Below are positions 37,590-50,432 of a DNA stretch of 64,000 bases, one piece after another. Each line of letters begins with the position of its first letter. Positions within the stretch are counted from its first letter, which is position 1. Source of the DNA: Octopus sinensis (Eukaryota); contig NC_043003.1 of NCBI RefSeq assembly GCF_006345805.1, positions 113,708,001-113,772,000 of the forward strand, given 5' to 3'. A program made the translations under genes and the position numbers. The notes beneath the pieces were generated by a model. It was not told where the DNA came from. It made no database searches and saw nothing but the letters and a program-made list of their open reading frames with translations.

Positions 37590-37963
37590 TCTCTATATAT
37601 ATAAACAGCAAAATGTTTGTGTGTGTGTGTGTGTATCCTTTATACAAATCCACAATTTTTCAGTTAGAGGGCTCGCACTTTCTATGATCATTCAAAACCG
37701 TCCAAGGGTGGTCGTGCATATCTTTACATTTCCCCATTCACCCAGCCAAGCCATTAAAAAAAAATCAATAGAAGTGACTTTTTGTGAATTTACTGTCCAA
37801 AACCCAGCCAAAATGCTCGAAACTTGATACGCCAATTGAATGCCAGCTAGCTGTATGTGATTGGTCGGAGATTTGGACAGTACTCACATGTATGTGCACA
37901 CGCACGCAGCTGTATATGCATGCACTAGCACTATGACCCAGCATTGCCAGGTCATAGTGCTAG
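37590..37963 (+). mobile_element. Non-autonomous Helitron (374 bp) with fully palindromic 3' end
   Basis: A|TCTCTATATATATAAA..(GT)n 5' end like the 26699-27096 element; 3' end ACTAGCACTATGACC-CAGCATTGCCA-GGTCATAGTGCTAG|T. Confidence 0.7.
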
Positions 37964-38414
37964 TTATACTCTAATATTAGAAATAATTACTGATTAATTG
38001 AAATAATTTAAGTAATTAAGCTACTTTTAACCAAGTTATAAACACTTGTCTTCTTTAAAACCAGAAGACAATAATTTAGAGATTTCATGCCTTTCCAAGA
38101 CAGTGAGCAATCAACTAAATTCAAATAAGACATTTAATAAGGAGTAACACACATAAATACATATATTGACCATTTGAGCTCACTGGGCCATATTCTTGGC
38201 AAATAATTTAGTTTATCCCTTCCAGGGCTTTTCTTAGCTACATTCGGGGTATGCCAGTTAAAAAGAACTTTGATTCTACCAGACGTGTGTGTATGTGTGT
38301 CTGCATGCATGCGTGTGTGTGTGTAAGTGCATGTGTATATGAGGATCTATGCATGTGGGTGGCTGTGTGAGACTAAAAATAGAATTTAGATTTTGGTACG
38401 CAGAACATAGAAAC

Positions 38415-38456
<42 letters not shown>

Positions 38457-38624
38457 TTATGCAAATTATTTCGGAAGGAAATAGATTTAAAAAAAGTATG
38501 AATAATAATTGTCTCCATGTAAATAGTTGTCAGAGGTGATGCAGGATGCCAGCACAAGCAGGCTGTCCTGCTTCTTTTTGTGTTTATCATTATAAAACAA
38601 TAAAAGTCAGCTGAACTTTGTCAC

Positions 38625-38661
38625 TCACTGACTACAAATAAGGTAAGCAAGGTTATTTATA
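38625..38661 (-). promoter_or_regulatory. Possible TATA + Inr core promoter
   Basis: Minus strand TATAAATA (first T at 38661) with TCAGT 32 nt downstream (A at 38629), in non-repetitive sequence. Confidence 0.2.
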
Positions 38662-39208
38662 GTCCACAGAGACAGCGAGTCTGGGAATTTTGTTTCTGCT
38701 GAATATAAAAAAACACTTATGACCTTCTGTAATTGTTGTTTGTGACCAGTACAAAACAATAACATGCAACACTCACACATACAGATTCTTCTGTACTTGG
38801 ATTGGGAAATCAGGATCAAAATTTAGGGAGTGACTCACAAAACTTTTACTGCCATGTATTTTCTTTCATAATTAATGGCTTCTTAATTACACCATCTAGG
38901 GCTGGGGCGATGCTTCATGCACCACCACACTCAACAGTTTTACTTGTTCACATCAACACTGTTGCTTCTTATAATAATTTTTATCAATAGTAATTCTCTC
39001 TCTCTCACACTTTCTTCTAAACTGTGTGTGTATCTGTGTGAAAACGTAGAACCATTCACAAACAGATATATACATAATACATTAATATATAATAATAATA
39101 ATATATATATATATATATTTGATTTTGATTTTGATTTTTCCAGTTTCAGCTAATGAGCTGTGGCCATGCTGGGGCACCGCCATTTAAATATATATATATA
39201 TATATATA

Positions 39209-39622
39209 GGCGCAGGAGTGGCTGTGTGGTAAGTAGCTTGCTAACCAACCACATGGTTCCAGGTTCAGTCCCACTGCGTGGCATCTTGGGCAAGTGTCTT
39301 CTGCTATAGCCCTGGGCCGACCAATGCTTTGTGAGTAGATTTGGTAGATGGAAACTGAAAGAAGCCTGTCGTATATATGCATGTATGTATATATATATAT
39401 ATGTTTGTGTGTTTGTGATTGTCCCCCTAGCATTGCTTGACAACCGATGCTGGTGTGTTTACGTCCCCGTCACTTAGCAGTTCGGCAAAAGTGACCGATA
39501 GAATAAGTACCGGGCTTACAAAGAATAAGTCCCAGGGTCGATTTGCTCGACTAAAGACGGTGCTCCAGCATGGCCGCAGTCAAATGACTGAAACAAGTAA
39601 AAGAGTAAAGAGTAAAAAGAGT
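39209..39622 (+). mobile_element. SINE family A, full length
   Basis: GGCGCAGGAGTGGCTGTGTGGTAAG head to GAAACAAGTAAAAGAGTAAAGAGTA tail; preceded by (TA)n. Confidence 0.85.
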
Positions 39623-41286
39623 ATATACAGATATATACAGAGAGAGAGAGAGTAAGAGAATATGGAATCCTTCATGCAACTACACAACACAGTGTATACA
39701 GACACAGAGATCGACAATTGCCTGCACCTAACCACAAATATACTCAAGTATTTATGAACAGTTCTATGGAACTGTGTGAAGGCCACAATGGAAATACAAA
39801 CACATTAAGTTGCTTAGCAATATATAACACAGGATGTTACGTAAATGTGCACCAATACAAATATGGATCCCAGGGCTTCACTATAAACTAGTCTACTCTC
39901 AGCTATTATTTTTGCAAACAGTAACAACAACAGCAAAGAACATCAACTACAACAGCAGCATTATAATGAACAAAAGTAGCAGCAATTACAGACATCAGCA
40001 CATGCAGCTTGAATAATATCACTGCAAGGAGTTGCGTAAAGTGAATTGCTATAAAGGATGGCAAAAATAAATTGCACTTCCGGATTTACAGCTGTCCATT
40101 ACAGTTTAATTGTGCAGTAGTTAAAGGAATGGGGCTGGTTGGAAGCTATCGTCTTTGCCAGGGAATAAAAATAATTGGTTTAATACATGAATGGGGACAG
40201 AACAGGAAGAAAGGGAAAATTTTTCTGCATGCTATTGTTGTTGTGTAGAAAACTTTGATCGAATCAAGTTTATTATCACGTGAAGGCAAGTTGATCAAAT
40301 GCATTTGGCATGATTTATTAATATGAGATGAACTGACAGAGAAATATGCATAGATGCAAACAGATGGACAGAGACAGATACACACACACACACATACACA
40401 CATACACACATACACACACACACACTCACATACACACATACATACAAGGCATTGGCTAGGATGGACTGTAGAAGACCACCACTGTGAATTCGTGTCATCT
40501 TTAAATGACAGATTTATTATAGTGCTTCACAAAAACAAAACAAAAATATGAAACAAAAAAAGCAGGTACGTTGTTTTGTTTTTTGCTTTTCAAAGAAAAT
40601 AATATAAGTTGAAAAACTTTTCAATTCTAAGTGTTTCTCTATGAAAAAAATTATCTGAAAAGAAGCTGCAGCAACAGCAGCAGCAATGACAGCAATGACA
40701 ACAAGAATAGTATGGCCTTGATGCAATGGATGCTACATAATAAAATATGCAGAACATTTCTTGTTCTCATACAGTAATGTGTATTTGCATGAATGAGTCC
40801 AAGTCTATGCATGTATGATACATATGCAAATATATAAATGTGTGTGTGTGTGTGCATGTAGTTGCACAGGTGTAGGTGCAGGAAAGCCTGGGTTGCGTTA
40901 AGGGACTTCTACCACAGCCCCAGGATGACTAACGTTTTATGAATGAATTTGACTGATGGAAACTGTGCAGAAGCCTGTTGTGTATGCGCAAGCATGTGCA
41001 CATTTACATATATCATGCGATCACGTGATTGACCAGTCTGTCAAATGTTGCTATGCAACACTGATCACAGTGCACCTTGCTTCATTTTAGCCTTGAATGA
41101 TGCAACCCTGCTGACCAGGCAGTAAGTAGGCTAACATTCATGAAACTGGACGGTTACTCCATCGCTGACTGACCTCATTTACAGCCGAGTGAGCTGGAGC
41201 AACGTAAAATGAAAGGTTTTGGTCAAGAACCAAATGTGCAGCCTGTTGTGTGTGTGTGTGTATGTATATATATATATATATATAGT

Positions 41287-41586
41287 GGAGGCGCAATGGC
41301 CCAGTGGTTAGGGCAGCGGACTCACGGTTGTAGGATCGCGGTTTCGATTTCCAGACCAGGCGTTGTGAGTGTTTATTGAGCAAGAACACCTAAAGCTCCA
41401 CGAGGCTCCGGTAGGGGGTGGTGGCGATCCCTGCTGTACTCTTTCGCCACAACTTTCTCTCACTCTTTCTTCTGTCAGCCTGCTCGCTTAGCCAGCGGGG
41501 TGGCGTCATTTGAAGGCTAAACAATGCGAAGCGCATTGTGACCAGCGATGTGTAGCAACATCTGATAGCCTGGTCGGTCATGGTGA
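41287..41586 (+). mobile_element. SINE family C, tail type 2, inserted in (TA)n
   Basis: Family C head and body to CAACTTTCTCTCACTCT, then a distinct tail GCTCGCTTAGCCAGCGGGGTGGCGTC...GTGACCAGCGATGTGTAGCAACATCTGATAGCC. Confidence 0.8.
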
Positions 41587-42169
41587 TATATATATATATA
41601 TATATATAATCATCATCATCAGAGACTGTTATATATATACAAAAGTATATACTGTTTATAGGCAGCCTTCAACTTTTTCTACCCAAACAGGTTTTTAAGC
41701 CAATATCAATTTATGTGCTATTATTTATAACTTTATCTCAGGTGGAGAAGAGCTGACAGATTCATCTGCTCACTAAACAAAATACTTAATGGCTTTTCAT
41801 CTTTTTTTATGCTAATAGTTCGATTGTTGCCAAGATTGTTATTGACTTTCATCCTTTAGGGATCAATGAAATAAATTCTGCCCCTCCACCAAACTTGGGT
41901 TATGCCTATAGCAGAACAATTATTTAAAGCTCTATCTACTTTTGAGTTCTACAGTCAAAAACTAATATATACACATATAACAATAATACTAATAATATAT
42001 ATATACATATATTTACTTTATAGTATTATTATTTAATAAGAATAATATATTTATGTATATATATATATATATACACACACATACATAAAGATATTATTCT
42101 TATTAAATAATAATAATATAAAGTGGCCAGCAAACATGTAAGCCAAAAATTAATAAATCTATAATTCTA

Positions 42170-42341
42170 AGTGAGGGTACCAGATAGTACCAGTATTGCT
42201 AAATCAGAGTCAAAAAATACTGAAATAAGCCACAATATCACTGTAAATTTAAGAGGCTGACAAAAATCAATGAGTGAGTAAAAAGCCAGCCTACAATTGT
42301 GGGGGAATGACATAATGCTGGTACTATCTGGTACCCTTAAT
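42170..42341. mobile_element. Possible TA-flanked MITE
   Basis: AGGGTACCAGATAGTACCAG.ATT / AAT.CTGGTACTATCTGGTACCCT inverted repeat (23/24) with TA just outside imperfect ends. Confidence 0.4.
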
Positions 42342-42649
42342 TACATTTTATATATATATATATATATACTCTATAATAAAAGAAGTGTCTCTGTCTCCCA
42401 ACTCCATGAATCTATGCATTTGTTCAGGTAACGTGTATTTGAATTTGGAAGTTAAGGTAATGTACAGCACAGACATTTGATCCCTATAAAAAAATCGTTT
42501 GTGTCCGGTTTTTGAGCAAGAAATGGCAAAACCAGCTTTCTCAGACTACAAGAGATTACAGAAAGGTAAATGACTGGAAGACCAGAAATCACCATAACCA
42601 CTATTCCAGTAAATAATAATAATAATAATAATAATGATAATAATAATAA

Positions 42650-42833
42650 TTACGGAGATGTACTTGCATAGCAAGTGATTTGATCTGAGATGCAGCACAG
42701 ATTTTTGTCAGCGAACAGGTTGCGGTCATATAGCGACAAAAATATTTTGACAAATTAAACTTAAATGTTGAAGTGAATCGAACGGCTTTTGTGTGTTTCT
42801 TAAATGGCTTACAAACACCTTCCACGCAGCAAT
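42650..42833. mobile_element. Family E element with internal inversion, in (TAA)n; variant hammerhead-like fold at 42704-42754
   Basis: First 42 bp are collinear with 27691-27732; the remainder matches the right arm of the 27691 element. Confidence 0.65.
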
Positions 42834-43133
42834 AATAATAATGATAATAATCTAAGGAATAATCAACCTAGAACTGTAAACATATAGATTAATTAGGGAA
42901 CATAAAACCAATAGACATTGATACATAACACAGAAAAACATTATGAAGATGAAGCAAAAGGAAACTAATAGAAAAACATATAACCACAGGAATCAGACTT
43001 TCAGTCAACTGAAAAAGTGACAATAAACTAATCTAGACCAAAATTTGTTAAATATTAACCTTAATTATAGAAAGTATATTCAGACATGTATCTCCACCTA
43101 AAATATATCAATAAAATATAGACTAAAACACCC

Positions 43134-43539
43134 GGATCTTTTTGGTTTGAACGGCAGTTTTTTCTAGCGGTGTCATATGAAATAGCCACCCATAATTATG
43201 ACCCTAGAATCGATCTATTGCATTTCAATCTGTTTTAGGGTTAGGTTAGGGGTGGGAGGAAGGGTATTTTTTTTTTCTTCACAAATGGAAATAAACCCAA
43301 TCTGTTTCTTAAACGAGGGACATATTCATATGGCACAGAATGCTTTTTACCTCAATAGACGTCACTGATTGGTTGAAATTGAAGAAAAAACAACCAATAT
43401 CTTACAAACTATAGAATTTTCTCAATAAAGCCAAGAGATAAAGATGTTTTATAAACACATCTTACCAGTATACGAAGTTTAAAATTTTTTAGTTACCTAG
43501 AAATTATGTTAAAAACTGCCGTTCAAACCGAAAAGATCC
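43134..43539. mobile_element. Merlin-like MITE, copy 2 (opposite orientation to 24477)
   Basis: TSD AAACACCC at 43126-43133 and 43540-43547. Confidence 0.85.
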
Positions 43540-43790
43540 AAACACCCAAATTGTAAAAAACTGACAAACTTGAAACACGAAAACATAATTAAAATAAATT
43601 AAGTGCAAATTAACAAAATAACATAACACTTTAACTATCATGCATCAATCACCTTTGATATTGGAATGAATCAGTGTAGATCTATAAGTATTAAATATAA
43701 AACACTAACTATAGAACCTATATTTCAATCAATATTTCCATAAAAAATATATTTGTAAGATATAAACTTGAGGAAAAAAACAAATCATAA

Positions 43791-44133
43791 TACTCTTTTA
43801 CTTGTTTCAGTCATGTGACTGGCCATGCAGGAGCACCGCCTTTAGTCAAGCAAATCGACCCCAGGACTTATTCTTTTACCGAACCGCTAAGTTACAGGGT
43901 GTAAACACACCAGCATCGGTTGTCAAACAATGTTGGCGGGGGCAAACACAAACACATACATACATATATATATACATATATATGACGGGCCTCTTTCATG
44001 TTTCCGTCTACCAAATCCACTCACAAGGCTTTGGTCGGCCTGAGACTATAGTAGAAGACACTTGCCCAAGGTGCCACACAGTGGGACTGAACCTGGAGCC
44101 ATGTGGTTGGTAAGAAAGCTACTTACCACACAG
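43791..44133 (-). mobile_element. SINE family A with internal deletions
   Basis: Tail and head motifs present. Confidence 0.8.
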
Positions 44134-44420
44134 ACTAATGAAAATATTCATTAAATAAAAACAACATAGTACCCAGATGCTGTGTAAAGAGCTTTGTAAG
44201 CAAAGACTTTCTCCTTCCCTTAATCACTATTTATCATCCAAATAACCTTTTTAATCTGGGAACAGAAGTCCATAATTATTCTCTAATGAAAATAATGTTG
44301 ACACAATATAATAATAATAATAATAATGATATATCACAAACTACTCACAACCAGTAAGACAATAACATTACATTCAGTACCAGTTAAAACTAATCATTCC
44401 ATACATCTATATACTTAGTT

Positions 44421-45256
44421 ATATATGGGGAGTTTACGAAAAAACAAAAGATGAAGACAGGTGGTGTACAAAACGAACAGATGTATTAGTATAATGCTCA
44501 GGAATAGAAAAAGTCTTTTATATTTTGAGCCTATGCTCTTCTACAGAAAGGGACACAGGAGAGAAACAAGGGGAGATAAAAAAGGAGAGAAAAAAAGTAG
44601 GAATTTCTCAAAAGTTTCTTCAAATTTAACTGTTTTCCTAAGAAAACTGTTAAAACACTTCACCAACATTTGTTCATATATGCATCCAGTGTTAATTTTT
44701 TTGATGTGTGTTAACAAGTTGAATTTTGACATAATACTGCATGGCAATTAACATATAAAACAAAATCCAGGAATAATAAACTTAACGATCAGAATTGGAC
44801 TGTGACAAACAAAACAAGAGACTGTTGAGGCACTAATGTTAACAATCGATAAATCTTTTACAGATATGTCTTCACAAATAAATGAATAAACAAGAAACAA
44901 CACAAGCAGCAAATATATTCAGTTCAGTTCTTGATAATGAGGCAGTGAAGCCCTAGAAAATGTTGGTTATTGATTTTGGAATTCTGCTGTTATAAAAACC
45001 AACTGTAAAAAGCTAATATGAAAATTTCAAAAATATGGAATACACACAGATATGCACACACACACACACACCACACACACACACACACGCACACACACAC
45101 ACACATATATATTTTCTGTGTCCCTTTCTGTAGAAGAGCGTTGGCTCGAAACGTAAAAGACTTTTTCTATTCCTGAGCATTATACTAATACATCTGTTTG
45201 TTTTGTACACCACCTGCCTTCATCTTTTGTTTTTTTCGTAAACTCTCCCCATATAT
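44421..45256. repeat. Outward-facing inverted pair (~138-bp arms, 44421-44558 and 45116-45256) of a putative Penelope-like end
   Basis: Arms are reverse complements with scattered mismatches, both ending in (TA)n; right arm has a hammerhead-like fold at 45124-45159. Confidence 0.7.
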
Positions 45257-45744
45257 ATATATATATAAAATGTGTACAGTGAACTTCCTATGAGCAGTAG
45301 AAGGTTCAATATTTTGGAGAGAGTCCTTTTTCTGGGGAAAAGTTGAAAGGAGAGCAATTACTGAGACACTGCAGAATTTTACAGCCTCTGAGTTTGCAAA
45401 ATGGGTGCAACCGATAAGGAATGCAGTGCCACGTGAACTTCATATGTGGAACATGAAGTTGTAGGATGAACATGTAAGAAGGAAGAAGATAAGAATAGTA
45501 GAATGAGGTGAAGCAAGCAAAGGTGTAAATGAGATGAAAGAAAAAAGATGAGGAGAAAGGAGAGCAGACAGACAAAAATTGATATCTCTCGGTGAAACGG
45601 TGCCAAGTTTGAATATGAAAAGTTGTTCCCTATATCTACTTGAGAATGCCAATCTGTGGTTTATGGTAATGCCGCACACTGCTAAATTGAGTGATGGAAT
45701 GGCCTGTAGTGTTGAAGCGAGTGGTGACAAGTTGGCTTGGTGTA

Positions 45745-46116
45745 TACTCTTTACTCTTTTACATGTTTCAGTCATTTGACTGCGGCCATTTGACTTATTC
45801 TTTGTAAGCCCAGTACTTATTCTATCGGTCTCTTTTGCTGAACCGCTAAGTGACGTAGATGTAACCACACCAGCATCGGTTGTCAAGCAATGCTAGGGGT
45901 ACAAACACAGACACACAAACACATACATACATATACATATATATACATATATACGACAGGCTTCTTTCAGTTTCTGTCTACCAAATCCACTCACAAGGCT
46001 TTGGTCGGTCCGGGGCTATAGCAGAACACACTCGCCCAAGATGCCACGCAGTGGGACTGAACCCGGAACCATGTGGTTGGTTAGCAAGCTACTTACCACA
46101 CAGCCACTCCTGTGTC
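45745..46116 (-). mobile_element. SINE family A with a small deletion
   Basis: Family A motifs on the minus strand. Confidence 0.8.
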
Positions 46117-46308
46117 TATTGTTGTAGTATGCTTCAAATATACTCTCAAAAGCAACTGACAAGGTATCAAATTGTTTCCTCAATGTAAAGGACACCACAA
46201 AGTTTGCATAAGGTGCACATTGCACCATATAAGGTGAGACAATGTGCAACAGAAACTCTGAGTAATATATAAGCACACACACACACATAGCAGTGTGATA
46301 CCTTAAGT

Positions 46309-46509
46309 CAGTGCTTTTCAAACTTTTTGCTGGAGCGGAACCCCAAGGAAACATTCCACTGGCTTGAGGAACCCCTGTGCAATAATTTAATAATTTTATG
46401 CACACATATCTGCACAGGAAAATTAAAAATTACTGCCAATTTTAGCAGTTTTGTAACTTCTTGCGGAACCCCTGGACTGTACTGGCGGAACCCTGGTTGA
46501 AAACCACTG
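46309..46509. mobile_element. hAT (Buster/Charlie-like) MITE, 201 bp
   Basis: CAGTGCTTTTCAA...TTGAAAACCACTG TIRs, repeated GGAACCC subterminal motifs, 8-bp TSD CCTTA(A/G)GT with central TA. Confidence 0.8.
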
Positions 46510-46870
46510 CCTTAGGTAGTGTTTTCTCACATAGCACCTGGCAGATCAAAGTGTTGTGAGTAAATTTCACTGATGGAATCTGAATGAAGGCTGTTGTATA
46601 TATATATCATTATCATCATCTTTTACACACACACACACATATGTATATGTTGTATGTATCTATGTGCTTGTCCCACACCACCACTACCTGACAAGTGCTG
46701 TTGGTAAGCTGGCATCCCTGTGACTTAGTGGTTTGGCAAATGAGAGACCAATACAATAAGTACCAAACTTGAGAGAAAACAGGTACTGGGGTTAACATTT
46801 TTGATTAACAAACTTCAAAGTGATGCCCCAGCATGGCCATAGTCCAATGACTGTACCAAGTAAAAGATAA

Positions 46871-46925
<55 letters not shown>

Positions 46926-47117
46926 CATATATATTTTAGTGGGTAGACTGGTTTATATACATATAGTGATTTTGAATTGTTTTAAATGTGAATATGGAGA
47001 TCTTCTATACACTATTTCCTATATAGGGTGTGTGTGTGTGTGCACACATTCACGCATGCATGTGTGTGTGTAACACATGCCAGCATGGAAGACAGAGATT
47101 AAATGATTGATTTATAA

Positions 47118-47150
<33 letters not shown>

Positions 47151-47699
47151 AATCACCTCCAAGACACATCCATCTTTGTGAAGAATCATTGAAGCAACAG
47201 CGTTCACCTTGTTTGGATATATGTTCTGTTTATATCACAAAAAGCCTCTGAAGAGATTTTATTTCAGACAATTCCACAACTTCATGACTCTCACAATGAG
47301 TGTACATTTATTATGATACAGAGAGAGTCATTTTGAGATACTGCAGTTTCAATTGCATACAATGAATTTTCCTGTTGCATGGCAAGCTTCTGCAATACCA
47401 GCCCAAATTTTATTCACTGTTGCCTGTATAGAGAAGCCTGGACCTTGGTTAAGCAGCATGACAATTGAGTGCAGGGCATTGACAAACCTCACAAATGCAA
47501 AACACATCTGTTCTTCTCACAAGTCACTACAATAACATGTTCTTTATGCTCCCATACACTTTGTGTTTTTAATACAAGTCAGTGAAGCAATTTTATCTCA
47601 GATAATTCCACAGTTTTATACATTTAAATGGTGTGTATGCATTTAGTGTGATACACATATGGCTATATATATATATGTATATATAGTTAATCCAAACAT

Positions 47700-47900
47700 G
47701 AAAGCACAAAGAGAAAACACAACAATGCGAGGACGTGGAACTAGTATAGTGTTATTGGACACTCAGGAAAGGAAAGAAAGAAGGAGGACTTAACGTTTCG
47801 AGCAGAGCTCTTTGTCAGAAACATAGGCAAAGGAAAGATCCAAGGAAGAGAAGAAGGAGGAAAAAAATTGCTAACGGTACACACGTGGTCACGTTTTGAA
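47700..47900 (-). mobile_element. Putative Penelope-like remnant with degenerate hammerhead-like motif
   Basis: Minus strand GTTT-CTGACAA-A-GAGC(TCT)GCTC-GAAA-CGT-T, the same layout as 45124-45159; (TA)n flanks. Confidence 0.35.
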
Positions 47901-49472
47901 TTATATATATACATATTGATTACTGTTGCATCCAACCAATTAATTCAATACAATTATATATGTAGGCATGTATGTATATATAAATAACTAATCTACGTAT
48001 TATTCAGCTACATTTCTCTCATAAAATGAGGTATTACCTCCTCCACTTCAATAATTCTATTTTTAAATATAACCAATCAATATATAACAGATTTACGTTG
48101 TCAAAAAATTAGTAGTAACCTACCCTGCTTTTAATTATAATAATCAGTGATTACCTACCCAAAATTTGTTTATTTATTTATAAAATATCTTATCTCCTAC
48201 CAGCACTGAATAACAACAACCAATTTTAGCAGTATGAAATTATAACATCATTGCTAATTGCTCAATCATAAATAGCTCACACAAGTGAAACTGGTTGGTT
48301 ATATAAACATTTTGTTTCATATATAGATTTTCAGCATAAAAATTTCAGTACATTTTCTCCTTTACTTTTACTATATCACATGTGTATATGAATGCATATT
48401 TTTAATTCCCTAAATATCCATGTAGCACTGAAGGTATCTTTATATATAGATACATACAAATATAAAGACATTATATATCTCTAGATAGAGATATTTATAT
48501 GCATGATTGTATGGAATACTTAACTCTATTTCTGTATGAGGTTATAGACTTATTTATATGTAACTTGTAACAAAGTTAGCATGGTAATAGTATTGGATTG
48601 TTTGCTGAAAATTAAGGAAAACCTGCAGTTTTATACATCCTTGATGTTCACTTATACATACATCAACACTTGTAAACACAAATTACAGATTACATATGCT
48701 TCCAAATTTGAAACTTTGAGTGTCTATTATATCTGTTGACATAAATATATGCCTTCTTATTTTTGCACACATCCTTATATTTGTTTGCACAAAACTTGGC
48801 TCTAAATCTTTATTTAAACAAATCAGTTTCCTTTCTTTACTCAATTAGATCTTACATTTCTATACACACCTGATACATTTACACTTTACACACACACACA
48901 TATACCATATAAAACAGAATCCAAAAGACATACATATGTACATACGCATGCATATATGTATGTGTACACACACAAATACATGCAAACATTCACTCATCTA
49001 CACTTCCAATGAAATTCACTCATATATTGTGTGTGTGTGTGTGTGCTAACATTTTTTCAATCATATCCATACAAAAGATCTCTCACATATGGGTCTATGT
49101 GTGTATGTGTGAGTAATCATATAGAAATATGCAGAAAATAACTGCATACCAACTATCCCATGTGTAAAGCAGCATTTAATATATTATATTACTATTTAAA
49201 TGCAGCCTTATTTATGAAACACTTCACAATCATTTGTAGATATGAATATGCACATACAATACACATGATCGTAGACACCCAACAAATGCACATACTTTCA
49301 AACACATGCACTAGAATTAACTTGTGCCTTTAGATATAGTTCACATTTATATGCAAATATATTGTGCATGTTGGTGTGTGGCATGCATGTGTTTGTCTAA
49401 TATGCATGTGGTTTGTCTACACTCACACAAATATAGACACATGCAGAAATTCTATAACCCCCGCCTGTCTCC

Positions 49473-49510
<38 letters not shown>

Positions 49511-50202
49511 ATCCATTTCAAAATAGATATTCTTCCTTCGAGCATCACTGAATGCAATTTCTAATTCCCAAGATTATGTAACAACAAAAAGGAAGAACTA
49601 ACCAGTATAATAAATAAGTTAATTAACTAATTAATGTGAAACAGTAGCAGTAATAATAATGATTTCTTACATAGGCACAAAACCACTAATTCAGAAAGTA
49701 GACATGATAAAATTGATTAAATTGACTTTTTAGTATCTGATTGGTACTTTATATTAATAACATTAAAGCAGACCTTTGTAGGATTTGAACTCAGAAAGAG
49801 CCAGAAACGAAAAGTACAAAGTATCATGCCCTAAACTCTTAACAATTCTGCCAAATCCTGATTTCCTTATTATTGCTACAAGAGTCAGGGGTTATTTGAG
49901 GCACAGACTGACAAAAATGTGAAGACTTATATTAATATCAAAAGGAATGAAATGAAGTGAGTAATACATGCAGTTTCCAAACTCCCCTCAGAGAATTGAG
50001 TGTAACCACCTCTGGTCAATCCAACACCTCCACATACACAACATCCTCCTGAATACCAAGGATGTGTGCCCTCTCTTAAATATATTTTGTGGTAGACAGG
50101 TACACGCTAACGCTAGACCCATTTACTTTTTCATACTCACCACTCCCACTCAGCAAATTGATTAGGGAGGTAGTAATACCTCCCTCTTCACTTTCACCAT
50201 CT

Positions 50203-50432
50203 GTTTCTTTATTACCCACAAGGGGCTAAACATAGAGGGGACAAACAAGGACAGACAAACGGATTAAGTCGATTACATCGACTCCAGTGTGTAACTGGTA
50301 CTTATTTAATCGACCCCGAAAGAATAAAAGACAAAGTTGACCTCGGTGGAATTTGAACTCAGAACGTAATGGCAGACGAAATACTGCTAAGCATTTCGTC
50401 TGGCGTGCTAACGTTTCTGCCAGTTCGCCGCC
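50203..50432 (-). mobile_element. SINE family B, full length with 16-bp TSD
   Basis: TSD CTTCAC(T/C)TTCACCATC at 50186-50201 and 50436-50451. Confidence 0.85.

Noticed and set aside
37793-37880. TA-flanked 88-bp inverted repeat (CTGTCCAAA...TTTGGACAG) as an independent MITE
   Set aside because: Lies inside the 37590-37963 Helitron; cannot be separated from it with one copy.
43225-43260. TTAGGG-like hexamers as interstitial telomere
   Set aside because: Only one or two units, and an internal feature of all three MITE copies.
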